DNA of 63,768 nucleotides, filler included, from Saprolegnia diclina VS20 (lineage: Eukaryota), in assembly GCF_000281045.1 (NCBI RefSeq). It is 8 parts of 4 records of this genome, joined end to end, with 100 filler letters (N's around TTAATTAATTAA, not from the genome) between each part and the next. Parts side by side here need not be neighbours in the genome. Positions count along the whole stretch, not along the records: positions 1 to 15,644 come from NW_008246206.1; 7 more parts are not named here. One strand, given 5' to 3'. Made by a program: the position numbers and the translations under genes. Every line of letters starts with the position of its first letter. Within the stretch, counting starts at the first letter, position 1. Below, piece by piece: positions 1-14,156 of this stretch. The notes beneath the pieces were generated by a model that saw only the letters and a list, made by a program, of their open reading frames with translations, was not told the origin of the DNA and did not search any database.

Positions 1-1390
1 TGTCGGGTTAAGATGCGGGCCACTATAGAGAAACGTCAATGCTGGCGACCGAGGGCTGTGTTCGAGGCAAGAAATGACGCGTGGTCCACCTAAAGCATTT
101 CACGTCGCGACAGCAAACGCGAGTGCGACCGCGTGCGAGTGGTACTTGAGCTTGAGCTTCTTTCGGATGCGGACTGCGTTGTCAGACCGTTCGATGAGTC
201 CGATACGCATGTGCACAACGGACATGTCGGCAGCGAGGTCGCGAAACAATGGCCACGCTTCGACCGCGACGGGTTTCACTTGGGCTATGATGAAATCGGG
301 AGCTTGATGACACCGTTGGAATTAGATAGGTCGCGAGCGATGGCATCGAGAGGTCGCGGCACATCGTTTCCGTTTGCTATGCCGTGGGCGACGTTGGCGT
401 TCTCGTTGCAAAGAACTTGGCCCGGCGCACGGAGCACAAAGTGTTGAAAGACTCGGGGAGACACCAGTGATGTGGCTCAGGGTTCGGTGTGTACAATCAA
501 ATCGGTTGTCCTCACAACAAGCAACACAGATAGCAGCGGCATCAACGCAGCCATGGCCGAGGTATTTGCAGCGGCCAAAAATACTGTCGTGCTACGCTGG
601 CGACGGGTGCTTATGGAAGAGGTTCGTCCTCAGCTCGCGCACATGCTCTAACAACCTTATGTCTACCCCGAGCTCTTTGACCACTTTGTGTTCGCGCGCC
701 GGGGAGCGCCTTCATGAGCCCATCCGTTATGAGCTTATATACCATTTCCGCGGGCCATCGTGGGGATAGCAATCGGGTACACGAAATCACGTGCGGCGAC
801 GCGAGCGCCTGATTCATGAGAGTGCGCGTCAGTCGTCAAGCAATCGGGCAGCGGCCCTCGCCGACCAAAGGCATAGCCAGAACCGAGGCTGTAATCGTGT
901 AGTTGAGGACATTTGGCCCAGATGAGCATAAAAAGATCGCATTGATGTCTTTGACGAGGTCCGGGTTAAGGTGGTGTCAAATGCCCCGTAGAGACCTTGC
1001 CCGTGACGACGTCGCGGACTTCGATCTGCAGCGGCCGCGATGTCTTGTCGACAACGTGGACGATAGAGATAAACTTGCAGCCGGTCTTGGACTGAATGTC
1101 TTCCAACCGCGAAACTGAAACGTGTTGGTTTGTTGAGATCCACGATCAAGTCGTTATTTTCACGTTCGCCTCGCTCGCCATAAATCCATCGCATAAAGTG
1201 AACTACTATACGTGATTGGTAAACGTATTTCGCTCTGGAATCAAGTCTTACAAAGCTCGTATAATATTCCATTTTTCGCGCGACACTAACACTATACCAT
1301 ACCCTCGTGAGTAGCTCCGAGTCGCGCTTGCCCGGTCTTTCTTGTTTATCGAGACACAAAGGTGAGCCTAGTGGCCCTATGGCCACACCT

Positions 1391-1873
1391 TTAGCGAAAG
1401 GGTGTTTGTAACTGGTCAGTTTGTAGGCATGTATTTATGAAGACGAAGTGCACATCAAGACGCTTGAGTTGGAACGTGCAGCGTGTTGTGCGGACCATCA
1501 TTGACAAGCCTAATGCAAGGTATGAAGACGACCTCGCGAAAAAGCTTGCGCTCTGGTCAACAATGCATGCGGCCTTAATGCATCGATCTCGCAAAGCGCG
1601 CACCATGAGCCGAGCTCCACTGCGTAATTCTCGTCTTGGGCACAGGTTGCGCATGAGCATGACAGTGGCGTTGACCTTGAGCTCGAGACAATGCTGTGGG
1701 AAGCCGGTGATGTTGATGGAGTTGAGAAACTCAACTGGAAAGTTGATTGCTGCTTTTTCTTCAAGCAGAGAGGCTTCGCGCTGCCCTTGCCCATGGGAGG
1801 AGGCTAGACCCATGACATTTGGAGGAGGCTTGGTGAGACCCTTGCCCTCGGATGGACGCTGCGTAGGTGCCAA
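1391..1873 (-). mobile_element. Degenerate Helitron-type PIF1 helicase fragment
   Basis: FPVEFLNSINITGFPQHCLELKVNATVMLMRNLCPRRELRSGARLMVRAL matches the Helitron/PIF1 2B-region pattern EFLNS..G.P.H.L.LKVG...MLLRNL.P..GLCNGTRL.V..L. No intact Rep-helicase ORF. Confidence 0.85.
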
Positions 1874-4800
1874 TACAGAATAAAAGTCGAGATCCAGGTC
1901 AGAGTCGGGCCCGCAGTCGGAATCGACGTCGAGGTCGTGGTTTAAGTCAGCCTCGTGCTCCAGAGGTGGGGACTTTGCACGGCCCTCTCCATTTTAGGGA
2001 CAAGAGGGAATGGGACCCGACGCAGAAGATGATTCACAACCACAAGCGAGGTTCGGCAGCCGGCGCTGCTCTTCCTCCTGCTGGACAAGAAACGCCAAGC
2101 GGCCACCTAGTTTTTCCTGTTTGTTCGAAGCAAGACATCTAGTTCGCGACAGAAAGCAGCTCGGTATACACTGTAGGCCACCTGTCGCACTCACTAATGA
2201 GCTGCCTCAGTGCACACATGCCTCACGAATAACGAAGCGTGCTAAGATCTCGGTGAGAATTTACGCGCTCAGCAGTAAGTGGCTCGCAGCAGGAGCTCGT
2301 GTACTTTTTGCAAGTCGAGTTCGGACTGTGTAAAACACAGAAATGCGGTTTTTCGGAGCCTGCATCGACAGAAAAAACGCGCATTGGTGTGAAGCAGCGA
2401 TGAGCTGTTGAATGTGTTGGCCTGGACTTGGAGGCAATGACAGCCACGATTCCTTGCGGTGACCGGTCGCATCAGCAGTACCTAGCTTCGGGAGTATCGG
2501 ACGACAGGTCGGACTCCTGTAGCATGACAGGCGAGTCCGTATTATCATCACAATACCATCGTGGAGGCGGGGACTTGGCTAGATGAAGCGGAATTGCCTC
2601 ATTGCTCGTTTGTTGCCAGCGACTCAATCACGCGTCGTGCTTACTCACACATCAAGCGCTCAGGCGTTATCGCCACCGTACTCAGGCTTCCACCCTCAAT
2701 TTATTGACACTCGATTGCACCGTTCGCGGCTTACGCAGATAACATTATGCTGCAGGTGGAGGTAACCTGACAACCTTCGGTGTCGTACAGACTTTTTATA
2801 CAGCCTGCAGGGCAGAGAGTTGAACTACAGACATCGAGTCTCATTCAACCACCGAGCGATCGAACTGTTCCATTGGAGGCGCATCATGCAGCCGAGACGA
2901 ATTACACCATCGAGGTGATATCGCAAAAGGTGTGAGAAGGCCAGTGCCACCAAAATCAAGCGCGCCAGACCCTATAAAAGCTTTGCTAAACTTTGTCCCA
3001 TGGCGTCGATCTCTCTTCGCTGCAGCTATATTGGCGCGCTACATTTTATTCTGCTGGGCAAGGATTTGACTCTTCACTGTAATCGGCCATATGGGCATTC
3101 TGGCACCACGAACGTCGCTTCATTTCCGGAAAAGTTACGTGTCGCCAAATAAGGCCCACGCACAAAGAACAGATGGTGCGGATGCGAGGAAGCTTTCTAA
3201 CTTCCTGATCCTTATTACCCCTGAGCACCGCCAGTGGATGCTCGGGAATAAAAGAATAATTTTCCCTCATCAACACTCTAAAACCCAGGGCTTTTTTGAC
3301 CAAAATTGCACTCCGAACCTCCACCATGACCACCACGCTACGTAATGAACTTGTTTCATAGAAGACTTTCGAGCTCTTTTTCGCTGCTTTTCCACATTTA
3401 CTTCCACTTCTGAAAAAGGCGATTAGAAAAGCTACTGAAACGCGATTTTCACCTCGGTTAGTTTCAACGTGAATTAAATCGGCCAAAAAGTCAACGCGAA
3501 TTTAGGTCTCAGAACGAGAAAGCTGGGGCTTGCGGTACCCTTCAGCATACGTGCTGCACATGCACGCCATTAGCCATTATGGCCAGACAATGCACAATTG
3601 CTACAGTGGGCTTCGTTGCTCCGCCCATGAGCTTTGCAGCTGCCGCCGATTTTATCTTGTTGCAGAGGACTCATGAGCAATATACTAGTTATCTAGCGCG
3701 CTTGTTCGCGAGCATCGACTACACAAACGCATAGAATCCCGAGCTTGGTAACGCGACGGCAAGGGAGCGCTTCAGGTTCACTTCTCCACAGCTCTAGGAT
3801 GTGGCCCATCGCCTTGTTCCGGAGGCATCACCTAGACAGGCGATAAGGTGTCAGCTCTCCAGGCAATGGCATTCGTATGTCGCCAAGCAAAAACCCCTCA
3901 AGGTGTCAATGTCAAGCGAGGCGACATCACGAACATCATAGCCGAAAAGTTTGCATCGTGTTTACTTTGTGCGATCACAAATGTTGACGACCATTTGAAT
4001 AGCTACATTTCACCCGTAACGGTAGAAGAAAACAAAATAATTGCATATCGACAGCTCAACCGAGAAATGCCCCATCAAAAAATGTTAGCTAAGTGTCGTA
4101 ACTTTTTGATCTTCTTTTCTTTGTAAAAATCGCGTGTACCATTCCATTCGTACGTAAAGGCGAGAACGAATTTTGTTCTTGTGCGCTTTGTGGGACGCAA
4201 CTTATATGCTAAATATACAGGCGTCCTCGGGCCCACACCTTTTTGCTGAGTACCGCCAGCGCATCGTCGATAGAGAGGCATACAAAGTATAAGTGTTGTA
4301 AGCAGTCGTTATGCGGCTGAGTAGATGAATAAAGGATCATACCTGACAACACTACATTTTCTGGCCTATAACAAGAAATCTCGACAAATCTTTGTTGGGG
4401 CGCTTATCGACCCAAGAAACGATAAAAGAGCGCCTGCGAGCGAATCTATGTAATGATAACATGCGCATTTGCTAAGCTGATTACCGTTCTGGCGTTTGTA
4501 ATCATCCAATGAAGCGCGTAAAAGTATACCGTTTACTCGTCCAAAAAAGCTAATGTATGATCTGTACATTCTATAAGGTGCTCGCCGGCAAGTACATGTC
4601 ATTCTCGTTGAATGCGAATGTGTCAGAAAAAATGCATTGTAAAACGTTGAATATTTGTTGTCCTCTACTTTAAAACGTCCCCGCTTAACTGACTATGTTA
4701 TACGCGATGTGTCAGTAAGAACTGTTTTTTACGCTTGTATCCGCTGCGACGTATGAAATTGCGAGCTTAAGCGGCTTAAAATACCAAGAGGGGGCTTTTA

Positions 4801-5728
4801 AGATACCTGTGAAACAGCCCAGCGCACTGGAACTGTTTTTTTTAAAAGATAAACCGCCCCGCGACCGAAGTGGCTCCAAACTTTGTTGTGTCACTGAGGT
4901 CTCCAACTCCTGATTTTTCACAGGGAAGGTATACCGAGATCTTTTTTGTTTGAAAAATTAAAGATAGCATGCCTATCGGTCGATTAAGCGTATATTACAC
5001 TGGCTAAGAATTGTTTTTTGGCAGCGCCTTGACAGAATATTAGCTGCACTTAGTACAACGTACATATATATCGCAGTACACTGCACTAGTACGGGCTGTA
5101 CTAGCATAGATAAAAAGTAGCTCTATGGACACACCGGAGCATTTCGACATGTCACGCCAAACTTTGACATAGGGAGCGACCTTAAGGCGAGTCGGCCCGT
5201 GCGCGGGAACTGAGTCGAGGTCGCCTACCTTCTTCGGCTTGGTCTCAGCAACAGGGACGGATGAATCGCGTGCCGCAACGGCATCAAACAATTGCTAACA
5301 AGCGCCAAGAATGGCGCGTCACACCGTGCTCAAAGAAAGACTAGGTACGACCGCGCGAGAGATTAGTGTTTGGCAGCTTAAATTTGCCAGGTTTTACTGA
5401 AGAATTTCAGGCGAAAAAGAGCGCCGTGACGGCGCTGGCCTAGCAAATCGCGCTCCTGTCGTCAACGGCGCAGCTGGAGCAAGCGCAACCCGGCGTAAGC
5501 GCATGCACCGGTAGAAAGCGTCAAGATGGCATTGGTGAGGCCGGTCTTAACGTAATGCCGTTGGCGAACCGCGGTACCTTGTCGTGGCGCGATGTGGAGA
5601 GCATCCGCCCTTGGCAACCACGCTCTCCAGCACCATTAGGAGGGTTGGCAGCCAGGACGGCGACGGGCATTTTGTCGTGTGGCTAGCTGACTTGGCTGAC
5701 GCACCAACGTGTCTCAGTGCAGTTAAAA

Positions 5729-5779
5729 CTAGTTCTATCCTAGTAGTGGCACCATCTCCCGGCGGCCTGCGGCCAAGGG
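5729..5779 (-). mobile_element. Candidate Helitron 3' terminus (GC hairpin followed by CTAG)
   Basis: Minus strand reads CCC-TT-GGCC-GCA-GGCC-GCC-GGG ... CTAG-GATAGAA-CTAG-T. Same strand as the helicase remnants; recurs at ~13608-13656. Confidence 0.45.
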
Positions 5780-6869
5780 ATTCTCATCGCCCAGAGTGGT
5801 TGGTACGCCTAATAAACTAATCTTCTCGTAGCTCATACCAAGGCCTCGTAGCTTATACCAAGGTCATATATAAACGTGTTCCGCGTTAGCTTCGTTATTA
5901 TCAGGGACTTCGCATACGTAGCGCTACGCCTGAATGTGTGCGAGGCGGCACCAGCACTTTGTCGTTGGGATTGAGCTGCGCACGGAGAGATCCATCCCGT
6001 GGTGGACCCCACTCGCCGAGTCATAGCTCGCGCGAGGTCGTACGCAGGCTCCTGTACTCGGACCACCCGACGGGCCGTTTCCAAGACGTGAAAGAGGTTT
6101 TCCGCGTCCGAGCGATCTCCAAACGCAAACACAAGATCCAAGATCCAAGATCCAGGCGCAGAGCAAGCGAGCTCGAGCATTTTCAAAATGGTAGTTAAAT
6201 AGCTAACCCGCACTGGCACAGCGGACACCAACCCGGTTGTTGCCCCTTAGTAGTTCGGTCTTCATTAAGGAAAGAGGAGTTCAAGCCGTTGACTGTGTGT
6301 ATTAAACGAAACCGTCTGAGCCCGCATCCGAATAAATCCGGAGACCGGCCGAGCACAAAAAGCATACGCTGCACGCGGCGCGGCCGGACGACTGGCGGCG
6401 GCGGCGGAGGGCCGAGAGGCGACGAGACTTCGTGGAGGCAGCGCGGCCGCGGCCGCAGTGCAAAAGCACGGGAGAGCGAGCATCATCTCATCTCCTTGAC
6501 GGCCACCGTGGAGCCCGACTAGCATTAAATCGTCGAGGGGCATTGGGTGCGCCTAGAGCGGCGCCATCGGCGTGAAGACTGACCGTTGCAAGCGACCGGC
6601 ACTTACGCAGCAAATGACGTAAGACACAGGGCGCACAGCACGACGTCGAAGGCACCAGGTGCCCTTGGAATGATGTCACCCAAATCCAGCCAAAAAACCG
6701 AGGATATAAAATTACGAATACGAATCCTAATGGTGCTAAAGATCCCGAGTTTGAGGTGTAACCGATTCNNNNNNNNNNNNNNNNNNNNNNNNNNNNNNNN
6801 NNNNNNNNNNNNNNNNNNNNNNNNNNNNNNNNNNNNNNNNNNNNNNNNNNNNNNNNNNNNNNNNNNNNA

Positions 6870-7480
6870 CACACCGAATACAGCACGCCTGCGCTGGATG
6901 TACCGAGCACTCGACAAAACGCGCTGCAGCCTTGGCTGTCATCTTGGTCAAGATACGAGCAGCGGTCAACTTACACACACGTCTGGCGCGAATGGACAAC
7001 CTTCCCCAAGCTCGACGCAGCCCTGTACAACTTCGCAAGTGAGCTCACCCATCGGCCCATCACAATAGCCAAGCGGCGCCGTTGTCCTACGGAGCTTGTC
7101 CAGTTCCCGCGTCCACAGCTTGAACCTGCGTCGGAAAAAGAAGTCACTGGACTGCGCCTTATACTGCTAACCAAACGTCGCCATCTCGGCCTCGTCGCGC
7201 TCGACTAGAGAAAAAGCTTGATCTTTTGCTTGGTTGTTACCTTTTCTTGGCGCTCGACCGAGTTGGCTCCCTTCCCGATCTCCAAGCGCATCTCGAGTTC
7301 AATGTTCTCCATCTCGAGCATTGCAGTCGGATCTCGTTCTGCTGGATGTGCACGCGTTGTCACCCGGTAGAAGCTGCCAATTTTCATTCGCTGAGGTGCG
7401 AGCATGCCTCGACCCTCATCATCCCAAACCAAGCTTCCGAGTCATGTGCATTCGAAATCGACGACGCAAAGCCTCTTGAC
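6870..7480 (-). mobile_element. Highly degraded non-LTR (L1/Tx1-like) endonuclease/RT remnant
   Basis: RILTKMTAKAAARFVECSVHPAQA resembles the RT N-terminal motif KILTK.LA.RL...L...IHP.Q; many frameshifts. Confidence 0.4.
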
Positions 7481-9789
7481 GACAAGGATCAAACTCTCAA
7501 GCACCAAGAAGTCATCAAGGCAAGGGAGTCCATATCCACATTCAAGGCCCCAAGACCACCTGTACATGTCGAGACGTGCATCTACGGATCAAGCCATCAA
7601 CCACACCACAACAACATCTCGCTCAGCACCAAGGCGCGAGAACAAGAATGTAGCTGCGGCGTGCCAAAAAGACCCAGCAACAAAGACCCGAGCAACTACT
7701 CGACATTACAAGCTCCGAAACGGCGGTGCTGCGGCCTTATGTCGTGGCAGCATGCCAGACCTCGCCCTCTCGGCAAGAAGTCACCAGACGCACTCACGAA
7801 AACACACCAGCATCAACGAACAACCTCTCACCGACCTCACAACTCGATTGGCCCCAACCACATGGCGCCATCTCTGGGGGGACCGCCTCGCCCACCTCTG
7901 GCATGGCGGACACCAACACGGTTGTTGCCCCCAAGTAGCTCGGTCTTGGTAGAGAAAGTGAACTATTGGGGAAGTGCCCAGGTCTACTGCTGTCAACACT
8001 GCGACCACACGTTCAAGAGCCTCCGCGAAACGGGTCCAGCTGCTCTCGCTCAAGTCCCACTGTAGCATGTTCGGAGCTTCGAGTGGCGTTGTCATCGATA
8101 CATGCAGGTGTACGCAGCTGGGCTTCCACCGCATCTCGCAGAGTTCGCCGTCAAGAAGTACAAATCTCTCCGATCCACTCCATCGGAGAATCTCATAGAA
8201 CGCATAGAGGTCGAATTTATAGCAAAAAAAACGATAGAAATCAACGTATATTTGCTCTTCTACTCTCCGTTGTATGATTTTCAGCCCTCTGCGGCGGCAA
8301 ACCGATTCTGGAAAGGATTTAGGCTTTCTAAATTTTCCGACCAAATTTGTCCACTTTGACCAAAAGTGTCGGGTTAAGATGCGGGCCACTATAGAGAAAC
8401 GTCAATGCTGGCGACCGAGGGCTGTGTTCGAGGCAAGGAATGACGCGTGGGCCACCTAAGCTTTCCACGTCGCGACAGCAAACGCGAGTGCGACCGCGTA
8501 CGAGTGGTACTTGAGCTTGAGCTTCTTTCGGATGCGGACTGCGTTGTCAGACCGTTCGATGAGTCCGATACGCATGTGCACAACGGACATGTCGGCAGCG
8601 AGGTCGCGAAACAATGGCCACGCTTCGACCGCGACGGGTTTCACTTGGGCTATGATGAAATCGGGAGCTTGATGACACCGTTGGAATTAGATAGGTCGCG
8701 AGCGATGGCATCGAGAGGTCGCGGCACATCGTTTCCGTTTGCTATGCCGTGGGCGACGTTGGCGTTCTCGTTGCAAAGAACTTGGCCCGGCGCACGGAGC
8801 ACAAAGTGTTGAAAGACTCGGGGAGACACCAGTGATGTGGCTCAGGGTTCGGTGTGTACAATCAAATCGGTTGTCCTCACAACAAGCAACACAGATAGCA
8901 GCGGCATCAACGCAGCCATGGCCGAGGTATTTGCAGCGGCCAAAAATAACGTCGTGCTACGCTGGCGACGGGTGCTTATGGAAGAGGTTCGTCCTCAGCT
9001 CGCGCACATGCTCGAACAACCTTATGTCTACCCCGAGCTCTTTGACCAGTTTGTGTTCGCGCGCCGGGGAGCGCCTTCATGAGCCCATCCGTTATGAGCT
9101 TATATACCATTTTCGCGGGCCATCGTGGGGATAGCAATCGGGTACACGAAATCACGTGCGGCGACGCGAGCGCCTGACTCATGAGAGTGCGCGTCAGTCG
9201 TCAAGCAATCGGGCAGCGGCCCTCGCCGACCAAAGGTATAGCCAGAAGCGAGGCTGTAATCGTGTAGTTGAGGACATAGAAGCGAGGCTGTAATCGTGTA
9301 GTTGAGGACATTTGGCCCAGATGAGTACAAAAAGATCGCATTGATGTCTTTGACGAGGTCCGGGTTGAGGTGGTGTAAAATGCCTCGTAGAAACCTCGCT
9401 CGTGACGTCGTCGCGGACTTCGATCTGCAGCGGTCGCGATGTCTTGTCGACAACGTGGACGATAGAGATAAACTTGCAGCCGGTCTTGATCTGAATGTCT
9501 TCCCACCGCAAAATGGAAACGTGTTGGTTTGTTGAGATCCACGATCAAGTCGTTATTTTCACGTTCGCCTCGCTCGCCATAAATCCATCGCATAAAGTGA
9601 ACTACTATACGTGATTGGTAAACGTATTTCGCTCTGGAATCAAGTCTTACAAAGCTCGTATACTATACCATTTTTCGCTCGACACTAACACTACACCATA
9701 CCCTCGTGAGTAGCTCCGAGTCGCGCTTGCCCGGTCTTTCTTGTTTATCGAGTCACAAAGGTGAGCCTAGTGGCCCTATGGCCACACCT

Positions 9790-10184
9790 TTAGCGAAAGG
9801 GTGTTTGTAACTGGTCAGTTTGTAGGCATGTATTTATGAAGATGAAGTGGACATCAAGACGTTCGAGTTGGAACGTGCAGCGTGTTGTGTGGACCATCAT
9901 TGACAAACCTAATGCAAGGTATGAAGACGACCTCGCGAAAAAGCTTGCGCTCTGGTCAACATTGTATGCAACCTTAATGCATCGATCTCGCAAAGCGCGC
10001 ACCATGAGCTTGCGTAATTCTCGTCTTGGGCACAGGTTGCGCAAGAGCATGACAGTGGCGCCGACCTTGAGCTCGAGACAATGCTGTGAAAGCCGGTGAT
10101 GTTGATGGAGTTGAGAAACTCAACTGGAAAGTTGATTGCTGCTTTTTCTTCAAGCAGAGAGGCTTCGCGCTGCCCTTGCCCATG
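9790..10184 (-). mobile_element. Second copy of the Helitron PIF1 helicase fragment (frameshifted)
   Basis: NFPVEFLNSINITGF and MLLRNLCPRRELRKLMVRAL lie in different frames; paralogous to 1391-1794. Confidence 0.85.
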
Positions 10185-13100
10185 NNNNNNNNNNNNNNNN
10201 NNNNNNNNNNNNNNNNNNNNNNNNNNNNNNNNNNNNNNNNNNNNNNNNNNNNNNNNNNNNNNNNNNNNNNNNNNNNNNNNNNNNNNNNNNNNNNNNNNNN
10301 NNNNNNNNNNNNNNNNNNNNNNNNNNNNNNNNNNNNNNNNNNNNNNNNNNNNNNNNNNNNNNNNNNNNNNNNNNNNNNNNNNNNNNNNNNNNNNNNNNNN
10401 NNNNNNNNNNNNNNNNNNNNNNNNNNNNNNNNNNNNNNNNNNNNNNNNNNNNNNNNNNNNNNNNNNNNNNNNNNNNNNNNNNNNNNNNNNNNNNNNNNNN
10501 NNNNNNNNNNNNNNNNNNNNNNNNNNNNNNNNNNNNNNNNNNNNNNNNNNNNNNNNNNNNNNNNNNNNNNNNNNNNNNNNNNNNNNNNNNNNNNNNNNNN
10601 NNNNNNNNNNNNNNNNNNNNNNNNNNNNNNNNNNNNNNNNNNNNNNNNNNNNNNNNNNNNNNNNNNNNNNNNNNNNNNNNNNNNNNNNNNNNNNNNNNNN
10701 NNNNNNNNNNNNNNNNNNNNNNNNNNNNNNNNNNGTGTGAAGCAGCGATGAGCTGTTGAATGTGTTGGCCTGGACTTGGAGGCAATGACAGCCACGATTC
10801 CTTGCGGTGACCGGTCGCATCAGCAGTACCTAGCTTCGGGAGTATCGGACGACAGGTCGGACTCCTGTAGCATGACAGGCGAGTCCGTATTATCATCACA
10901 ATACCATCGTGGAGGCGGGGACTTGGCTAGATGAAGCGGAATTGCCTCATTGCTCGTTTGTTGCCAGCGACTCAATCACGCGTCGTGCTTACTCACACAT
11001 CAAGCGCTCAGGCGTTATCGCCACCGTACTCAGGCTTCCACCCTCAATTTATTGACACTCGATTGCACCGTTCGCGGCTTACGCAGATAACATTATGCTG
11101 CAGGTGGAGGTAACCTGACAACCTTCGGTGTCGTACAGACTTTTTATACAGCCTGCAGGGCAGAGAGTTGAACTACAGACATCGAGTCTCATTCAACCAC
11201 CGAGCGATCGAACTGTTCCATTGGAGGCGCATCATGCAGCCGAGACGAATTACACCATCGAGGTGATATCGCAAAAGGTGTGAGAAGGCCAGTGCCACCA
11301 AAATCAAGCGCGCCAGACCCTATAAAAGCTTTGCTAAACTTTGTCCCATGGCGTCGATCTCTCTTCGCTGCAGCTATATTGGCGCGCTACATTTTATTCT
11401 GCTGGGCAAGGATTTGACTCTTCACTGTAATCGGCCATATGGGCATTCTGGCACCACGAACGTCGCTTCATTTCCGGAAAAGTTACGTGTCGCCAAATAA
11501 GGCCCACGCACAAAGAACAGATGGTGCGGATGCGAGGAAGCTTTCTAACTTCCTGATCCTTATATACCCTGACAAACCCCAGTGGATGCTCGGAAATATA
11601 AAATATACTTTACTCATCAACACTTTAAAACCCAGGGCTTTTATGGCCATAATTTTACTCTAAACATCAACCATGACCAGGCAACGTAACTTTCGTGCTC
11701 TTTTTCGCTCCTCTGCCACATTTACTTCCACTTCTAAAAAAGGGCGATGAAATAAGCTACTGGACCGGGACGTTCGCTTCGGTAAGTTTCAACGTTAATT
11801 AAATCGGCCGAAAAGTCAACGCGAATTGAAGTCTTAAAACTGGGAAGCTGGGGCTTGCAGAACACTTTGGTACGCGCCGCAAATGCGCGCCATAAGCCAT
11901 TATAGCCCACAGAAAAAAAAACCCACAATGCACATTTGCTACAATGGGCTCTGTTGCTCCGCCCATAAGCTTAGCAGACGACGCCGATTTTATCTGCCTG
12001 CTGTAAGCTGCCTGCAGAGGACTCATGTGCAATATACGAGTTTCCTATCTAGCGCTTGCTCGCGAGCATTAACTTCACTAACGCATAGAGTCCCGAGCTT
12101 GATGACGCTACGGCAAGAGAGCGCTTGCAGCTCACTACTTCACATCTCTAGGTTTTGGCCGATCGCCTTGTGCCTAAGACATTACCTAGATGGACGATGA
12201 GGCATCAACTCTCGAAGCGATGGCAATATTATGTTGCCCAGCAATTGCCGTAAGGTTTCAAGCGAGGCGACATCACAAACATCATAGCCGAAAAGTGTGC
12301 ATCGTGCTCACTTTGTACAATCACAAAAATTATCTCGATAATAAGGAAATGTCGTTTGATTGGATATATCTCTCTCGCAGCACCGACGTGTGCAACACGT
12401 ACGCAAACTGGCTTTGCTGGTGTGGCCTATTTGCGGGACGAACAATGTCACGCACGCAGTCTCGATATAGCCGAAGTCAGAAAAAAAACTTGAGCATCAA
12501 GCAGTTGAACTGAGCAACAAAAAACGCGGCGTTAGTATGTCGCTTATGTTTCACGGGATAACACTTTGTTTGTTGAAACCGATCGATGCATCTTGCTGCT
12601 AAATTTGTGTCGCTCCCTCGTTAATATATACTGCGTGGTTGGTCAGAAAGAAAAAGCGATTGCGTCAATCGTTACGTTTGCGAACTTGCAACACTGAGGC
12701 GACAGCCTCGTAGAGAACTGTTGCGCATTCGTGCTGCATTCTTCGGTAATCCTATGCATATTATTGCATGCGCAGGCGTGGCTTTTCAGTACTTATTTAC
12801 TAACTATACTACGCCGCTCAATGGTACGGATAATAAATTGCCTTTTTCGCAATGCCGTAGGTAAAGTTCAATAGTTACATTTCACCCATAACGAAAAGAA
12901 TCATAATTGCGTATTGACAGCCTAATAAGAAATGCCAAAAAAAACTTAGTGGCGTAACCAATGAATTCTTTTTCTTTGTAAAAAGCGATTGTACCCTTCT
13001 TTTAGGCACAAACAAATTTTGTTTTGAGAGTTTTGACAAGTGCGCTCTGTGGAGGAAAACTTATATAATTACCGAGGGCTCCCTGATCTTTTACAGTGAG

Positions 13101-13692
13101 GGTATACCGCCGTAGGTGGGCTAAAACGCTTCTTTCGTGGTGGCTCTTCGGCGCACAGCCGAGCGACGTCGTATATTTCCGTCATCTGACAAGGTGTGCG
13201 CCATCTTTACTTGCATTCAAGCTTTGACAATAGAGACATCAAGCTCACGCGAAAGAGTCCTCAAATGGATCGAGACGGCAACACGCGAGATCGACTCTGT
13301 CCAAGCAGCCATCATATGCATCGCCGCAGCGTTCAGAAAGTACGGCCAGGATCCACGGCGCAAGGCCGCTGAGGAGCGCCTCGACGGACTCAAGGTATTG
13401 CAGGAGAACAGCATCTGCGCCTCACTGCTCGGGAGCCGTCGACCTATCAGAGTAGACTAGCTTGCGTTCTATTGTTCAGTCATTTTGAAAAAATCTCTGC
13501 CTTTCCTTTCATTAAAATCACTTTAATGGGGCAAAAAAGACCACTCTTAACGTTAATTCCATCACTTTCTTGGCGCGAACCAGAGTGTATACTTTTTTTA
13601 GTACGGTAGTTCTATCCTAGTAGTGGCACCATCTTCCGGCGGCCTGCGGCCAAGGGATTGTCATCGCCCAGAGTGGTTGGTACGGCTAATAA

Positions 13693-14156
13693 GGAGGAGT
13701 TCCGAGTAACCCGTGAGACGGGCAACAGCCAATCAGAGGCCAAAAAAAATGCATCCCGTCTCGTGCGCATGGTTGTCGACCGACCTCGACGACCTCAGCT
13801 CGCACCAATTCATCCCGTCTCGTGATTACGCGATTCGATTGGGCAAATCGTTGGATGGAGACACGGAGCAAAAGTCGCATTTGCAGTTGACATTTTCGAT
13901 TGCAATGCCCACAAAACTCGAGCAACATGATGTCCACATGTAGGTTGGCTTAAGTGGAGCTCGCGCTCACTTTCTTGGTACTACAACAAGGCTTTTGCCT
14001 GCTTCCGTCAAGAAGCGACCAAATTGGTTGGCTAAAATTCCATTGAATATTAGCCAATCATAGCGCAGATGGTTTTTCGTCGTATTTTGCAAAAATCGTT
14101 CTGAGTAAAATGTGCCCGTCTCCCATCCATCCCATATTTTTACTCGGAACTCCTCC
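13693..14156. mobile_element. 464-bp non-autonomous DNA transposon (MITE), PIF/Harbinger-like
   Basis: Perfect 17-bp TIR GGAGGAGTTCCGAGTAA (13693-13709 / 14140-14156) with TAA on both sides. The paralogous empty site at ~5809-5825 reads CTAATAAACTAATCTTC with no insertion. Confidence 0.92.

Noticed and set aside
9244..9311. ~34-bp local duplication present only in repeat copy 2; also (CAAGATC)n near 6132
   Set aside because: Ordinary slippage in decaying DNA.
13069..13608. Possible TA-flanked transposon (TACCG...CGGTA)
   Set aside because: Terminal match is only about 5 bp and there is no clean empty site.
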